Positions 36,543 to 45,869 of a stretch of 64,000 nucleotides of DNA are shown piece by piece (the stretch's first letter is position 1; every line of letters starts with the position of its first letter). A program made the translations under genes and the position numbers. The stretch lies in the NCBI GenBank assembly GCA_963777605.1, contig CAVZRV010000007.1, forward strand, positions 736,001-800,000, read 5' to 3'. Source of the DNA: an uncultured Acidobacteriota bacterium (GTDB taxonomy: Bacteria; Acidobacteriota; UBA6911; RPQK01; JAPXNP01). A model generated the notes under the pieces. The model had not been told where the DNA came from. It was given only the letters and a program-made list of their open reading frames with translations, and did not search any database.

Positions 36543-39260
36543 CTAGCTGCAGCCTGAGGTGCTTCCGCAGCCCGTGCAAACGTAACAGGCCCCATTGCGC
36601 TGCATCAGATTGCCACACTGTAGGCAGGTCGGTGAATCCGCTTTCTTGGCCTCGGAAAGGAGCCGCTCGGTGAGGGCACCTTTCTGTTGGGTCCCTTCGG
36701 GGAACTTAACCTGAACTCCCTCTTGTAGCGAGCCGTTCCCATTCGCCTTGACATTGTGAATCCCGAGGGCTTCCTGCGCCTCGACCGGAAGGTACCTCGA
36801 CGCCAGGTACCGGACAACGTAATCCGGAATTGAACTCGCGAACGGGATCTGCGGATTGTCGGTGAATCCGCCGGGCTCGAAACTCATGTGCGAGAACATG
36901 CGGACATAGTCTTCCAGGGGAACTCCCCGCTGCAGTCCCATGGAGATGGCAATCGCCCAGGCCATTGCCATCCCCTGGAGGGTTGAGCCCTGCTTGGCGA
37001 AATTCACGAAGATCTCACCCAGTTCCCCGTCTTCGGGGAACATTCCCATGGTCAGGAACCCCTTGAATCCCTTGATCCGGAATTCATGCTGGTAGGCCGG
37101 GTGATCCTTGGGCATGTTCCGATGGATCGGAGAAGCCGCCGTCGTCTTGACCTGCTTTTCCTTGTTGGACAGCGGCTGCACCATCTTGCAGCCGTCCCGG
37201 TAGATCGAGACGGCCTTCATTCCGGCTTTCCAGGCTGCGATGTAGGCCTCCGCAATGTCATCCACGGTTGCTTCTCCGGGCAGGTTGACGGTCTTCGAGA
37301 TGGCACCGGACAGGAAAGGCTGAACAGCTCCGCACATGCGAATGTGCCCCGAATAGTGGATGGAACGAGTTCCATTTACCGAGCGGTCGGCACAATCGAA
37401 GATCACCAGATGTTCGGGCTTGAGATCGGGAGCACCTTCGATCGTCTCCTCGGTCTCTACGTAGCGGAGAATATTCCGGACGGCCTGCTCGTCATAATTG
37501 AGCCGTTTGAGGGCCAGAGGAATCGTGTTGTTGACGATCTTGAGCGAGCCGCCGCCGACCAGCTTCTTGAATTTGACCAGAGAGAAGTCGGGCTCGATTC
37601 CGGTAGTGTCGCAGTCCATCATGAAAGCGATCGTCCCGGTGGGAGCCAGCAGGCTGACCTGCGCGTTCCGGTAACCGCTGTCCGAACCCTTTTCAATCGC
37701 CTGATCCCAGGATTCCATGGCGGCATGCAGCAGATCCATCGGAACCAGCGCCGAATCGATCTTGGAAAGCGCATCCCGATGCTTGTGCATCACCCGCATC
37801 ATGGGAATCCGGTTGCTGGAAAAACCCTCGAACGGCTCGACCTTCTCCGCGAGCTCGGCACTCGTCTTGTAGGCTTCGCCGGTCATGAGCGCGGTAATGG
37901 CCGCAGCGAGGTTGCGGGCTCGGTCACTGTCGTACGGCAAGCCGCGCGCCATCAGAAGCGCCCCCAGGTTCGCATACCCCAGGCCGAGCGTCCGGTACTC
38001 GTGGCTGATCCGGGAAATTTCCGGTGTGGGATAGCTGGAGTTGTCGACAATGATCTCCTGTGCCGTGATCATGACCCTCACCGCGTGCCGGAACGACTCG
38101 ATGTCGAAAGTCCCTTCGTCATTGACGAACTTCATGAGGTTCAGGGACGAGAGGTTGCAGGCCGAATTGTCGAGAAAGACGTATTCGGAGCACGGGTTGG
38201 AGGCGTCGATCGGTCCCGTGTTCGAACAAGTGTGCCAGTCATTGATGGTGGTGTGATACTGCAGGCCGGGATCGCCGCAAATCCAGGTCGACTCGGCAAT
38301 CCACTGCATCATCTCACGAGCTTTGTAGGTGTCGATCGGGTTTCCGCCCGTCACGGTGCGCGTCTGCCAGTCCTTGTCATCGACGACTGCTTTCATGAAA
38401 TCGTCGGTCACGCTGACGCTGTTATTTGCGTTCTGGAACTGAACGCTCTGGTAGGCCTCTCCATCAATCGAATCGTCATAACCCAACTCGATCAATTTAT
38501 GAGCCTTCTCCTCTTCCCTGGACTTGCACCAGATGAACTCCCTGATGTCGGGGTGGTCCGCATTGAGAATGACCATCTTGGCAGCACGACGGGTCGCTCC
38601 GCCCGATTTAATCGCACCAGCGAAGGAATCGAACCCGCGCATGAAGGAAACCGGTCCCGAAGCCACTCCGCCGGCGGAAAGATGTTCCCGAGAGGATCGA
38701 ATCTTGGAGAGGTTGACGCCGGAACCCGATCCGCCCTTGAAGATCATGGCCTCGGTCCTGGCAAGGTGCATGATCGAATCCATCGAATCGCCCACCGAGT
38801 TAATAAAACAGGCGGAACACTGGGGTTTTTCCTGGATTCCTACGTTGAACTGGACCGGGGAATTAAAGGCGGCCATCTGGTTAACCAGAAGGTGGGTCAG
38901 TTCGTGGTTGAATGTCCCCGCATCACTCTTATCGGCGAAGTAGTGCATGGTTTCGCCCCACTTCGAGATCGTGTTAACGATTCTGCCAATCAGTTGACGA
39001 ACACTGTGTTCCCGCTTGGGCGTCCCCAACTGGCCCCTGAAGTACTTGCTCGCAACGATGTCGGTTGCCCGCTGGGACCAGAACTTGGGAAATTCGATGT
39101 TCTCCTGTCGAAACGCGATCTTTCCCGTCTGCCAGTCCTTGATTTCGGCCGACCGGAGCTCCCACTCGACGGCGTCCAATGGGTGAATGTCCGGATTCGT
39201 GAAATAGCGTTCAAATCGCAATCCGTTGGCCGCCTGTGCCTTTCGTTGTGCCTTATTCAT
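36543..39260 (-). CDS. nrdJ: Class II (adenosylcobalamin-dependent) ribonucleotide reductase
   Basis: FNSPV, QCSACFI, GGATRRAAKM, ASNPCSEY, LGLGYANLG, APTGTI, ISKTVN, C-terminal TSCPD region and CxxC...CxxCGSTSGCS. Confidence 0.95.
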   Translation of the reverse strand: MNKAQRKAQAANGLRFERYFTNPDIHPLDAVEWELRSAEIKDWQTGKIAFRQENIEFPKFWSQRATDIVASKYFRGQLGTPKREHSVRQLIGRIVNTISKWGETMHYFADKSDAGTFNHELTHLLVNQMAAFNSPVQFNVGIQEKPQCSACFINSVGDSMDSIMHLARTEAMIFKGGSGSGVNLSKIRSSREHLSAGGVASGPVSFMRGFDSFAGAIKSGGATRRAAKMVILNADHPDIREFIWCKSREEEKAHKLIELGYDDSIDGEAYQSVQFQNANNSVSVTDDFMKAVVDDKDWQTRTVTGGNPIDTYKAREMMQWIAESTWICGDPGLQYHTTINDWHTCSNTGPIDASNPCSEYVFLDNSACNLSSLNLMKFVNDEGTFDIESFRHAVRVMITAQEIIVDNSSYPTPEISRISHEYRTLGLGYANLGALLMARGLPYDSDRARNLAAAITALMTGEAYKTSAELAEKVEPFEGFSSNRIPMMRVMHKHRDALSKIDSALVPMDLLHAAMESWDQAIEKGSDSGYRNAQVSLLAPTGTIAFMMDCDTTGIEPDFSLVKFKKLVGGGSLKIVNNTIPLALKRLNYDEQAVRNILRYVETEETIEGAPDLKPEHLVIFDCADRSVNGTRSIHYSGHIRMCGAVQPFLSGAISKTVNLPGEATVDDIAEAYIAAWKAGMKAVSIYRDGCKMVQPLSNKEKQVKTTAASPIHRNMPKDHPAYQHEFRIKGFKGFLTMGMFPEDGELGEIFVNFAKQGSTLQGMAMAWAIAISMGLQRGVPLEDYVRMFSHMSFEPGGFTDNPQIPFASSIPDYVVRYLASRYLPVEAQEALGIHNVKANGNGSLQEGVQVKFPEGTQQKGALTERLLSEAKKADSPTCLQCGNLMQRNGACYVCTGCGSTSGCS

Positions 39261-39346
39261 GCCCCCTCCAAATCTGATGCCTCGTCTCTGCCACTGAAAG
39301 TGAGCGCTATTGTAGAGACGCCTCCTGACATTCCATAACCCGACAA

Positions 39347-39393
39347 CAACAAGATGTTGAGCTTGAGTAAGATCATCCTACCAGATATTGGGT
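39347..39393. promoter_or_regulatory. Tandem NrdR boxes upstream of nrdJ
   Basis: caaCAAGATGTTGagc (39347-39362) and ctaCCAGATATTGggt (39378-39393), 31 bp apart, resemble acaCwAtATaTwGtgt. Confidence 0.75.
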
Positions 39394-39681
39394 CAACCGA
39401 TCGAGGACTTGTTCGACTGAAAAGCCACTGGCAGCAACGACTTTGTGCTTAGATTTGGAACCTGAAGCAATCTCAATCGACCGCTTTGGGCAACCCAGGA
39501 TATCGGACAGAAACTTCTGCAAGTGCCGGTTTGCACGATTCTCAATCGGGGGGGAGGTCAGACGAATCTTCAACGAGTCCCCTTGAAGTCCGGCAACTTC
39601 GTCAGCGGAGGCCCGGGGCTGCAGAAGCACCTTGAAACGGACAGTAGCGCCCTGCTCCCAGATGGCCAGACCTGTCGTCAC
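39373..39681 (-). CDS. yggU: DUF167 / YggU family protein
   Basis: LQPRAS, LKIRLTSPPIENRAN, SGSKSKHK; follows yggS; start uncertain. Confidence 0.85.
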   Translation of the reverse strand: MTTGLAIWEQGATVRFKVLLQPRASADEVAGLQGDSLKIRLTSPPIENRANRHLQKFLSDILGCPKRSIEIASGSKSKHKVVAASGFSVEQVLDRLTQYLVG

Positions 39682-39703
39682 TGTTGTCGCATCCCGAACG
39701 TTG

Positions 39704-40387
39704 TCAAGGTCGGTGTCCAAAGATGGCGGTCCCGACCCGGACAATGGTGGCACCTTCTTCGATTGCGACCCGAAAGTCAGACGACATCCCCATCGAGAGT
39801 TCCCGCAACCCGGGGGCCTGCTCTTTCAGTTGAGAGGACAACACCGCCAAGCGGCGAAAATGCGGTCGGCTGACCTCGGGGTCATCGAAGAACGGGGGGA
39901 TCGCCATCAACCCAACGGGGTCGAGATTCTTCAGGCCGCCCAGCAAACTGAGCAGTTCACCGACATCGGAAGGCGCAACTCCGGCTTTCTGGGGTTCTTC
40001 AGCGATGTTCACCTCGACCAGGACCGGCATCACTTTGCCGAACTCTTCGCAAACACGATCGAGGCGACGCGCAATCCTCGCTGAATCGACAGTCTGGATC
40101 ATGTCGAACAGCTCGACCGCCAGGCGGACCTTGTTGCTCTGCAGATGTCCAATCAGGTGCCACCTCAGGCCGGGCCGAGCGACCCCGGGGACCTTGTCTC
40201 GCGCCTCCTGGACCCGATTCTCTCCAAAATCGAGCTGTCCGGCATTGGCGGCTTCGGTCACGGCCTCCGGCGGGAAGGTCTTCGAAACGGCCACGAGCCG
40301 GACCTCAGACGAGTCCCGCCCACACGTCCGGCAGGCTTCCACAACTTCGGCCTGCACTCGCTGAAGATTCTCCTGGATCTGGTTCAC
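39704..40387 (-). CDS. yggS: PLP homeostasis protein
   Basis: LVAVSK, FGENRVQE, WHLIGHLQSNK, GLMAIPP, LSMGMSSD, EGATIVRVGTAIFG; AGGAG before GTG 40387. Confidence 0.95.
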   Translation of the reverse strand: MNQIQENLQRVQAEVVEACRTCGRDSSEVRLVAVSKTFPPEAVTEAANAGQLDFGENRVQEARDKVPGVARPGLRWHLIGHLQSNKVRLAVELFDMIQTVDSARIARRLDRVCEEFGKVMPVLVEVNIAEEPQKAGVAPSDVGELLSLLGGLKNLDPVGLMAIPPFFDDPEVSRPHFRRLAVLSSQLKEQAPGLRELSMGMSSDFRVAIEEGATIVRVGTAIFGHRP

Positions 40388-40498
40388 AACTCCTAAGTAT
40401 AGCCGAACCAGACTCATGCAGGGTTCCCTGCCGTGGCCCAACACCCTGCCGCCCACCCCTTCGCGCTGTGCTACCATGAGCGGGAAATCAGATCCGGA

Positions 40499-41140
40499 AT
40501 GGGAAACAGAGGCAAATTCATTACCTTTGAAGGTATCGAGGGTTCCGGCAAGAGCCTCCAGTTGAAGAGGGTTGCGCAGGCTTTCCAGGAGCAGCGAATT
40601 CCGTATCTGCTTACACTTGAGCCAGGCGGGACCGAACTCGGGCGGGAACTGCGCGCCGTGCTGCTCAAGACCGACGGTGCCCCGCGGGCTCCTGTAGCCG
40701 AACTGCTTCTCTACCTTGCCGATCGTTACCAGCACATCCATGAGGTCGTCACGCCCGCCTTGGACTCCGGCCGCAACGTACTGAGCGACCGCTACCACGA
40801 CGCTACGCTAGCCTATCAGGGATACGCCCGTGGACTCGGAATTGAGTGGACCGACGGCCTGGCACGCTATCTTTGCCTTCCGCGGCCCGACCTGACGATT
40901 CTCTTCGACGTTCCGGTTGCGGTCGGATTGAGCCGGGCGCGATCGCGTGAAGCACTGAACAACTCTGAGATGGGTCGGTTTGAAGCCGAGGCTCTGGACT
41001 TTCACGAGAAAGTTCGCTTTGGCTACCTCCAGCTCGCCGAACGGGAGGGCGACCGCATTGTCGTTATTGATGGGACCGGTACACCCGACGCGGTCTTTGA
41101 AAGGGTCAGCCATTGCCTGATTCAGCGACTGCAGCACTGA
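40499..41140 (+). CDS. tmk: Thymidylate kinase
   Basis: FITFEGIEGSGKS, EPGGT, SDRYHDATLAYQG. Confidence 0.95.
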   Translation: MGNRGKFITFEGIEGSGKSLQLKRVAQAFQEQRIPYLLTLEPGGTELGRELRAVLLKTDGAPRAPVAELLLYLADRYQHIHEVVTPALDSGRNVLSDRYHDATLAYQGYARGLGIEWTDGLARYLCLPRPDLTILFDVPVAVGLSRARSREALNNSEMGRFEAEALDFHEKVRFGYLQLAEREGDRIVVIDGTGTPDAVFERVSHCLIQRLQH

Positions 41141-42153
41141 AGGCCAGGACCCTCCGCGAGATTGTGGGGAATCGCCACCTAGTGGACCTTCTGGTTCGGA
41201 GCGGCCTACCCCAGTCGGCGCTCTTCGAAGGACCTGAAGGAATCGGCAAGCGTACCATCGCAGCCCTGCTGGCCACGCGCGAAAACTGCCGGGACCCAAA
41301 ATCGGACGATTTGTGTGGGCGTTGCCCTTCCTGCACCAAGGCTTTTTCCGGTTTCCATCCCGACATCCGTTTTTACCCCGAGGTTGAGCCGGCCAATACG
41401 ATTGGGATCGATGACGTCCGCGGGCTCAGCCAGGAGGCCCAGTATCGCCCGTTCGAAGGCAGCCGGCGCGTGTTCATCATCGACCGTGCCGAACGGATGA
41501 CGCCGCAGGCGCAGAATGCGTTGCTGAAGACTCTTGAGGAACCGCCCGAGACATCTCACCTGGTCCTGGTTACGGGCTATCCCCAGCGGCTCCTCTCAAC
41601 CATTCGCTCCCGCTGCCAGCTAATCAGCTTCCGCCCACTGCATCGCAGAGAGATCGAGAACTTCTTGCGCGAGAAGAGTGAACTTCCCCACCCGGGGTTG
41701 CGCGCTTCCTTCGCAGGGGGGAGCCTGGGGACGGCTCTCGAGCTTGATCTGGATGCCCTCCTCTCGCGCCGTGACCGCGTCCTGAAGTTGCTGCAGGCGT
41801 GGTTTGCCGATGGAACTTTCGAAACCGTTTTCGCCCACACCGAGAGCCGGGAATGGTCGGGGTTGTTGAAGAAACGGGACGAAGTAACCTACCTGCTCGA
41901 CCTGTTGCAATCGGTTTGCTACGACGTCCATTTCCAGCTCGAAGGGACCCCCGGTCGAATCGTGAGTACCGACCGCACTTCCGACATTGAGGCCCTGGCT
42001 AATGAGGTTGACGATATCCGGCAGTTGCGTGCGCTGCTCGATGCCGTCGTCGAAGCCCGCCGGGATATTGACCGCTACGTCAACCCTCAAATGTGCTTTG
42101 AGACTCTCTGGCTTTCGGCCGCCCGAAAGCTCCAGGACTCTATCCTGCTCTGA
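41113..42153 (+). CDS. holB: DNA polymerase III delta-prime subunit
   Basis: LFEGPEGIGK, CGRCPSC, HPD, NALLKTLEEPP, TIRSRCQ; follows tmk. Confidence 0.9.
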   Translation: MPDSATAALKARTLREIVGNRHLVDLLVRSGLPQSALFEGPEGIGKRTIAALLATRENCRDPKSDDLCGRCPSCTKAFSGFHPDIRFYPEVEPANTIGIDDVRGLSQEAQYRPFEGSRRVFIIDRAERMTPQAQNALLKTLEEPPETSHLVLVTGYPQRLLSTIRSRCQLISFRPLHRREIENFLREKSELPHPGLRASFAGGSLGTALELDLDALLSRRDRVLKLLQAWFADGTFETVFAHTESREWSGLLKKRDEVTYLLDLLQSVCYDVHFQLEGTPGRIVSTDRTSDIEALANEVDDIRQLRALLDAVVEARRDIDRYVNPQMCFETLWLSAARKLQDSILL

Positions 42154-42243
42154 CCAGGGCAGGAACCCGTTCTGAAAAGTCGCGGGTTCAAGGGCCAATG
42201 TGCGACGATCGTTTATACTGTGGTTTAAAGGCCCGAACAAGCG

Positions 42244-42924
42244 ATGCTCGAGATCATTACAGTTAAGTTACCCCAGGATAAGCGCCTCCTCGAATTCCTG
42301 GCTCACGACATTCCGCTTCGAGTCGGCGACCAGTGTGTTGTCACCACCGATCGCGGCGTCGAACTGGGGATCGTGACCAGGGGCAGACAAGCCGAAAACC
42401 TGGGCGAGTACAAGCTTCAAAAAGTTCTGCGCAAGGCTACCGAGCGCGACCTCTATCTCAACGAGAAAAAGCAGGAAAATGAGGAGTCCGCCTATCGACT
42501 CTGCCGCAAGCAGATCAAGGTGCGCGATCTCCCGATGAAGCTCTCCAAGGTAGAATACCTCTTCGACGGAAGCCGTGTCATTTTCTACTTTACGGCAGAC
42601 CACCGCGTCGATTTTCGCAACCTGGTGAAGGACTTGGCCCGGGAACTTAGAACCCGCATTGAGATGCGTCAGGTCGGCGCCCGGGATGAAGCACGCCTGA
42701 TCGGGGGATTGGGCAGCTGCGGTCGGGGCGAGAATTGTTCCAAACTCTTTCTACGTGAACTGGAGTCGGTCAGCGTTCGCACGGTCAAGAAACAGGGCCT
42801 TGGATTGAACCTGAATCGTCTCTCGGGGATGTGCGGACGCCTGAAGTGCTGCCTCAACTTTGCGGGTCCCAACGACCGTGAGGACGCTCACTGTTCTGAC
42901 GGTTGTTGTGACAGCGGGAACTGA
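42244..42924 (+). CDS. ricT: PSP1 / RicT (YaaT) family protein
   Basis: FYFTADHRVDFRNLVKDLA, RIEMRQVGARDEA, SGMCGRLKCCL. Confidence 0.88.
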   Translation: MLEIITVKLPQDKRLLEFLAHDIPLRVGDQCVVTTDRGVELGIVTRGRQAENLGEYKLQKVLRKATERDLYLNEKKQENEESAYRLCRKQIKVRDLPMKLSKVEYLFDGSRVIFYFTADHRVDFRNLVKDLARELRTRIEMRQVGARDEARLIGGLGSCGRGENCSKLFLRELESVSVRTVKKQGLGLNLNRLSGMCGRLKCCLNFAGPNDREDAHCSDGCCDSGN

Positions 42925-43380
42925 TCAGGGTGCTTCCGGACCAACTGGTTTTTCGGCAGCGCCTTTGTCAATCATTCGTCGCCGCAGTTTCTGGAACTTC
43001 TTCGTGTCGTTCGAGCCTGGATTGGCAGTCAGGAAGAGATCGCAGATGTGCAGTCCGTCCTGGTAACGATCCTGCTTTTCGTAAAGCTTGACCAGTTTCT
43101 CATATGAATCTCCCCACATCACATTAAAGTCAATCGCTTCCAGGTAGCGTGCTTCCGCCGCCTGGAAATTGCCCCGATTCGCGTAGTAGTCACCAATTTT
43201 GACGCTCTTCTTGGCCTGTTCCGGATCGTGCACCTTGATCTTCGCTTCGACCTCGTCGTCTTTTTTGTTCACCTCATCGCGAACGAGGACCGGTTTCCGG
43301 GACCTCGGGAGTTCCTGCGCCAATAATGCTGAGGGACTCAAAGCCAAAGCCGCCAATAGCACACACAAGTAAACATACAT
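42925..43380 (-). CDS. Secreted TPR-like protein
   Basis: Signal peptide; KIGDYYANRGNFQAAEARYLEA TPR-like helix pair. Confidence 0.65.
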   Translation of the reverse strand: MYVYLCVLLAALALSPSALLAQELPRSRKPVLVRDEVNKKDDEVEAKIKVHDPEQAKKSVKIGDYYANRGNFQAAEARYLEAIDFNVMWGDSYEKLVKLYEKQDRYQDGLHICDLFLTANPGSNDTKKFQKLRRRMIDKGAAEKPVGPEAP

Positions 43381-43519
43381 CTCAACCTGCCGAGCACTCA
43401 AGCTTATTTCCAGTTGTCAAATTCGGGTCCAAATGCTAGCATAACAAATCAAAAGCAGCATCTCCTCGACTTCGCAGGTCGTATCAAATGTCAAGTTCGA
43501 ATTCAGGACAGATTCTCGT

Positions 43520-43873
43520 ATGGTAAATCGCAAGCTCATCCGCCCATCCCTGTCCGATTTGCGTGAGCAGGAACAGGCCAAATTTTCCCGAACTCAACGA
43601 AAACGTGTTCCTCCAGAACAGACCAGTGCCGAGGAATATTACTACCTCAAGCAGATGGCCAACAAAACCCCGATGGTCGTCTTCCTCCTCGACGGCGAAG
43701 TGATCCATGGCGTGATCGAGTGGTACGATCGGAACTGCATCAAGGTGAACCGCGAGACAGGCCCGAACATCCTGTTGCCAAAGCACTCGATCAAGTACAT
43801 GTACAAGGAGAATGAGGTCAAGGAATCCGACGATCAGGATCTCGGCTACGGGATCGATGATCCGGACGAGTGA
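43520..43873 (+). CDS. hfq: Hfq-like (Sm-fold) RNA chaperone with N-terminal extension
   Basis: YLKQMANKTPMVVFLLDGEVIHGVIEWYDRNCIKV...ILLPKHSIKY Sm1/Sm2 pattern; acidic tail. Confidence 0.75.
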   Translation: MVNRKLIRPSLSDLREQEQAKFSRTQRKRVPPEQTSAEEYYYLKQMANKTPMVVFLLDGEVIHGVIEWYDRNCIKVNRETGPNILLPKHSIKYMYKENEVKESDDQDLGYGIDDPDE

Positions 43874-43896
43874 CCCGCCGGTTCTTTCCCTAAACG

Positions 43897-45369
43897 TTAA
43901 CCCAGCGCAAGCTCTGCGAGAGTCATGGCTCCGAAACCTCTCGGTCCGGGGCAGTCTTTTGCCGGGTCGAAAAGATCCATGCCAGCCATGTCGATGTGGC
44001 ACCAGGGCGTGTCTTCCACGAACGCCTCCAGGAACTTGGCGGCCGTCACAGCACCTCCCCAGCGCGATCCGACGTTCTTGATGTCTGCGATGAAGCTCTT
44101 GAGTTCATCGCCGTACTCGTCGTCAAGCGGAAGCCGCCAGAGCTTTTCACCTCCTCGAGTGGAGGCCTCTTCCAGCCTCCTGGCCAAGGCTTCATCGTTG
44201 CTGAAATAGCCGGCCCGAACGTGTCCAAGCGCCACCACGCAGGCTCCGGTAAGGGTCGCGAGATCGACGATCGCGCCGGGGGAGTAACGGTTCTTGGCGT
44301 AGGCGATTGCGTCCGCCAGAATCAGGCGGCCTTCCGCGTCGGTGTTGATAACCTCAATGGTCTTGCCGCTCAAGCTCTTTACTACGTCCCCCGGTCGTTG
44401 GGCACGCCCTCCCGGGAGGTTCTCAACCAAAGGCAGGATCCCCACCACCGGGTGTTCTGCACCCAGGCGGGAAACTGCGGAAACTGCCGCCAGCACTGCG
44501 CAGGCTCCTGCCTTGTCGCCCTTCATTTCCTCCATCGACTGCGAGGGCTTCAACGAAATGCCTCCGCTGTCGAACGTGACTCCTTTCCCGATCAGACAGA
44601 GTGGCTGATCGGGAACCTCTGCGCAAGCCGGTGTTTCAATGAGTGCAAGCCTTGGCGGTCGGCTGCTTCCCGAGCCTACCGCCAGAAGAGCTCCCATCTT
44701 CAACCGGCTGAGCTCCGCTTCATCCATGATGTGGACCCGACAGCCCGCCGCACCGGCAACGCGTGCTACTTCTTCCGCGAGTTCCGGGGGGCCGAGGAGA
44801 TTTCCCGGTTCGTTGCTCAGTCGCCGGGCCAGGTTCACCGCTTCCGCCAGCGCGAGGCCTCGACCGAGAGCCGGCTCGAGCCGGGCAGCGGACCCGTTCA
44901 GTCCAAACAACCGGACTTTCCCGACAGACGGGATTTCGGCATCCCGGGTCTTGTATGGGGAACTGTCGTAGCAGCCGAGAACAATTCCCTGCAGTACCCG
45001 GGCAGCAAACTCTTCCCCGGCCTGCAGGCCATCGAGGGCGACGCCCACCCTGTCGAGCCTGGCCGATCTGCAAGTCCTTACCAGGCGAATCACGGTCCTG
45101 CGCAGGCGGTCCGGATCGAGCGGTCCACTTCCGATACCTACAAGGATCGTTCGCTGCGCCGCGACCCCATCGAATCGGTGCAGGGTGAGAAATTCCGAAC
45201 CCGATCCCTTCCACTCTCCTGTCACCCTCAGGCGAGCCAGCAATTCGAGGATCTCAGCCGGAGTGCGGTCCGGTCCCCGCCTCTTTTCGTTGCCCAGTTC
45301 CAGGACCGGGAGGATCAGGAGATCACCGTCGAAATGCTCCCACCTGCCCGAATCGAGTGAATAATCCAT
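43897..45369 (-). CDS. pepA: Leucyl aminopeptidase M17
   Basis: IGKGVTFDSGG, MKGDKAG, NTDAEGRLILAD, ATLTGA, HIDMAG. Confidence 0.95.
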   Translation of the reverse strand: MDYSLDSGRWEHFDGDLLILPVLELGNEKRRGPDRTPAEILELLARLRVTGEWKGSGSEFLTLHRFDGVAAQRTILVGIGSGPLDPDRLRRTVIRLVRTCRSARLDRVGVALDGLQAGEEFAARVLQGIVLGCYDSSPYKTRDAEIPSVGKVRLFGLNGSAARLEPALGRGLALAEAVNLARRLSNEPGNLLGPPELAEEVARVAGAAGCRVHIMDEAELSRLKMGALLAVGSGSSRPPRLALIETPACAEVPDQPLCLIGKGVTFDSGGISLKPSQSMEEMKGDKAGACAVLAAVSAVSRLGAEHPVVGILPLVENLPGGRAQRPGDVVKSLSGKTIEVINTDAEGRLILADAIAYAKNRYSPGAIVDLATLTGACVVALGHVRAGYFSNDEALARRLEEASTRGGEKLWRLPLDDEYGDELKSFIADIKNVGSRWGGAVTAAKFLEAFVEDTPWCHIDMAGMDLFDPAKDCPGPRGFGAMTLAELALG

Positions 45370-45373
45370 GGTG

Positions 45374-45832
45374 TCAGCGTCTCCGCTTCATTTCCGCTTC
45401 AATTTCCCGTTCAACGACCTTGCGGCGAGCCGTCTCTCTCTTGTCGTAGAGCTTCTTGCCCTTGGCCAGGCCAATCTCCACCTTCACCTTGCCCTTGCTG
45501 AAGTAGAGTTTGAGAGGAACGATAGTCAGGCCTCCCTTGGTCACCTCTCCCATGAGCTTGTTGATCTCCCGCCGATTGAGGAGGAGCTTTCTCCGGCGTT
45601 CCGGATCATGGTTATGGATATTCCCGTGACTGTACGGACTTATGTGACAGCCCTCCAGCCAAACCTCCCCGTTCTCGACCCGGGCAAATCCATCCTTGAA
45701 ATTCACCCGATGCTCCCTGATTGACTTCACCTCGGTTCCAAGCAGTACTAGCCCTGCCTCGAACCGTTCCAGGATCTCGTAGTCGTGAAAGGCTTTCTTG
45801 TTTGTTGCCACTACTTGGACTGCCAACACCAC
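45374..45832 (-). CDS. smpB: SsrA-binding protein
   Basis: [41 protein letters not shown]. Confidence 0.97.
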   Translation of the reverse strand: MVLAVQVVATNKKAFHDYEILERFEAGLVLLGTEVKSIREHRVNFKDGFARVENGEVWLEGCHISPYSHGNIHNHDPERRRKLLLNRREINKLMGEVTKGGLTIVPLKLYFSKGKVKVEIGLAKGKKLYDKRETARRKVVEREIEAEMKRRR

Positions 45833-45869
45833 ACCTCAGTCAATTGCTTTGCCAGGGTAAAGCTTCATG

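Noticed and set aside
37086-39338. 750 aa + strand ORF
   Set aside because: Antisense shadow of nrdJ with no motifs; expected from codon bias in GC-rich genes
43996-45360. 454 aa + strand ORF (likewise 45963..47099 and 56154..57602)
   Set aside because: Antisense shadows of pepA, the GT4 gene and the kinase
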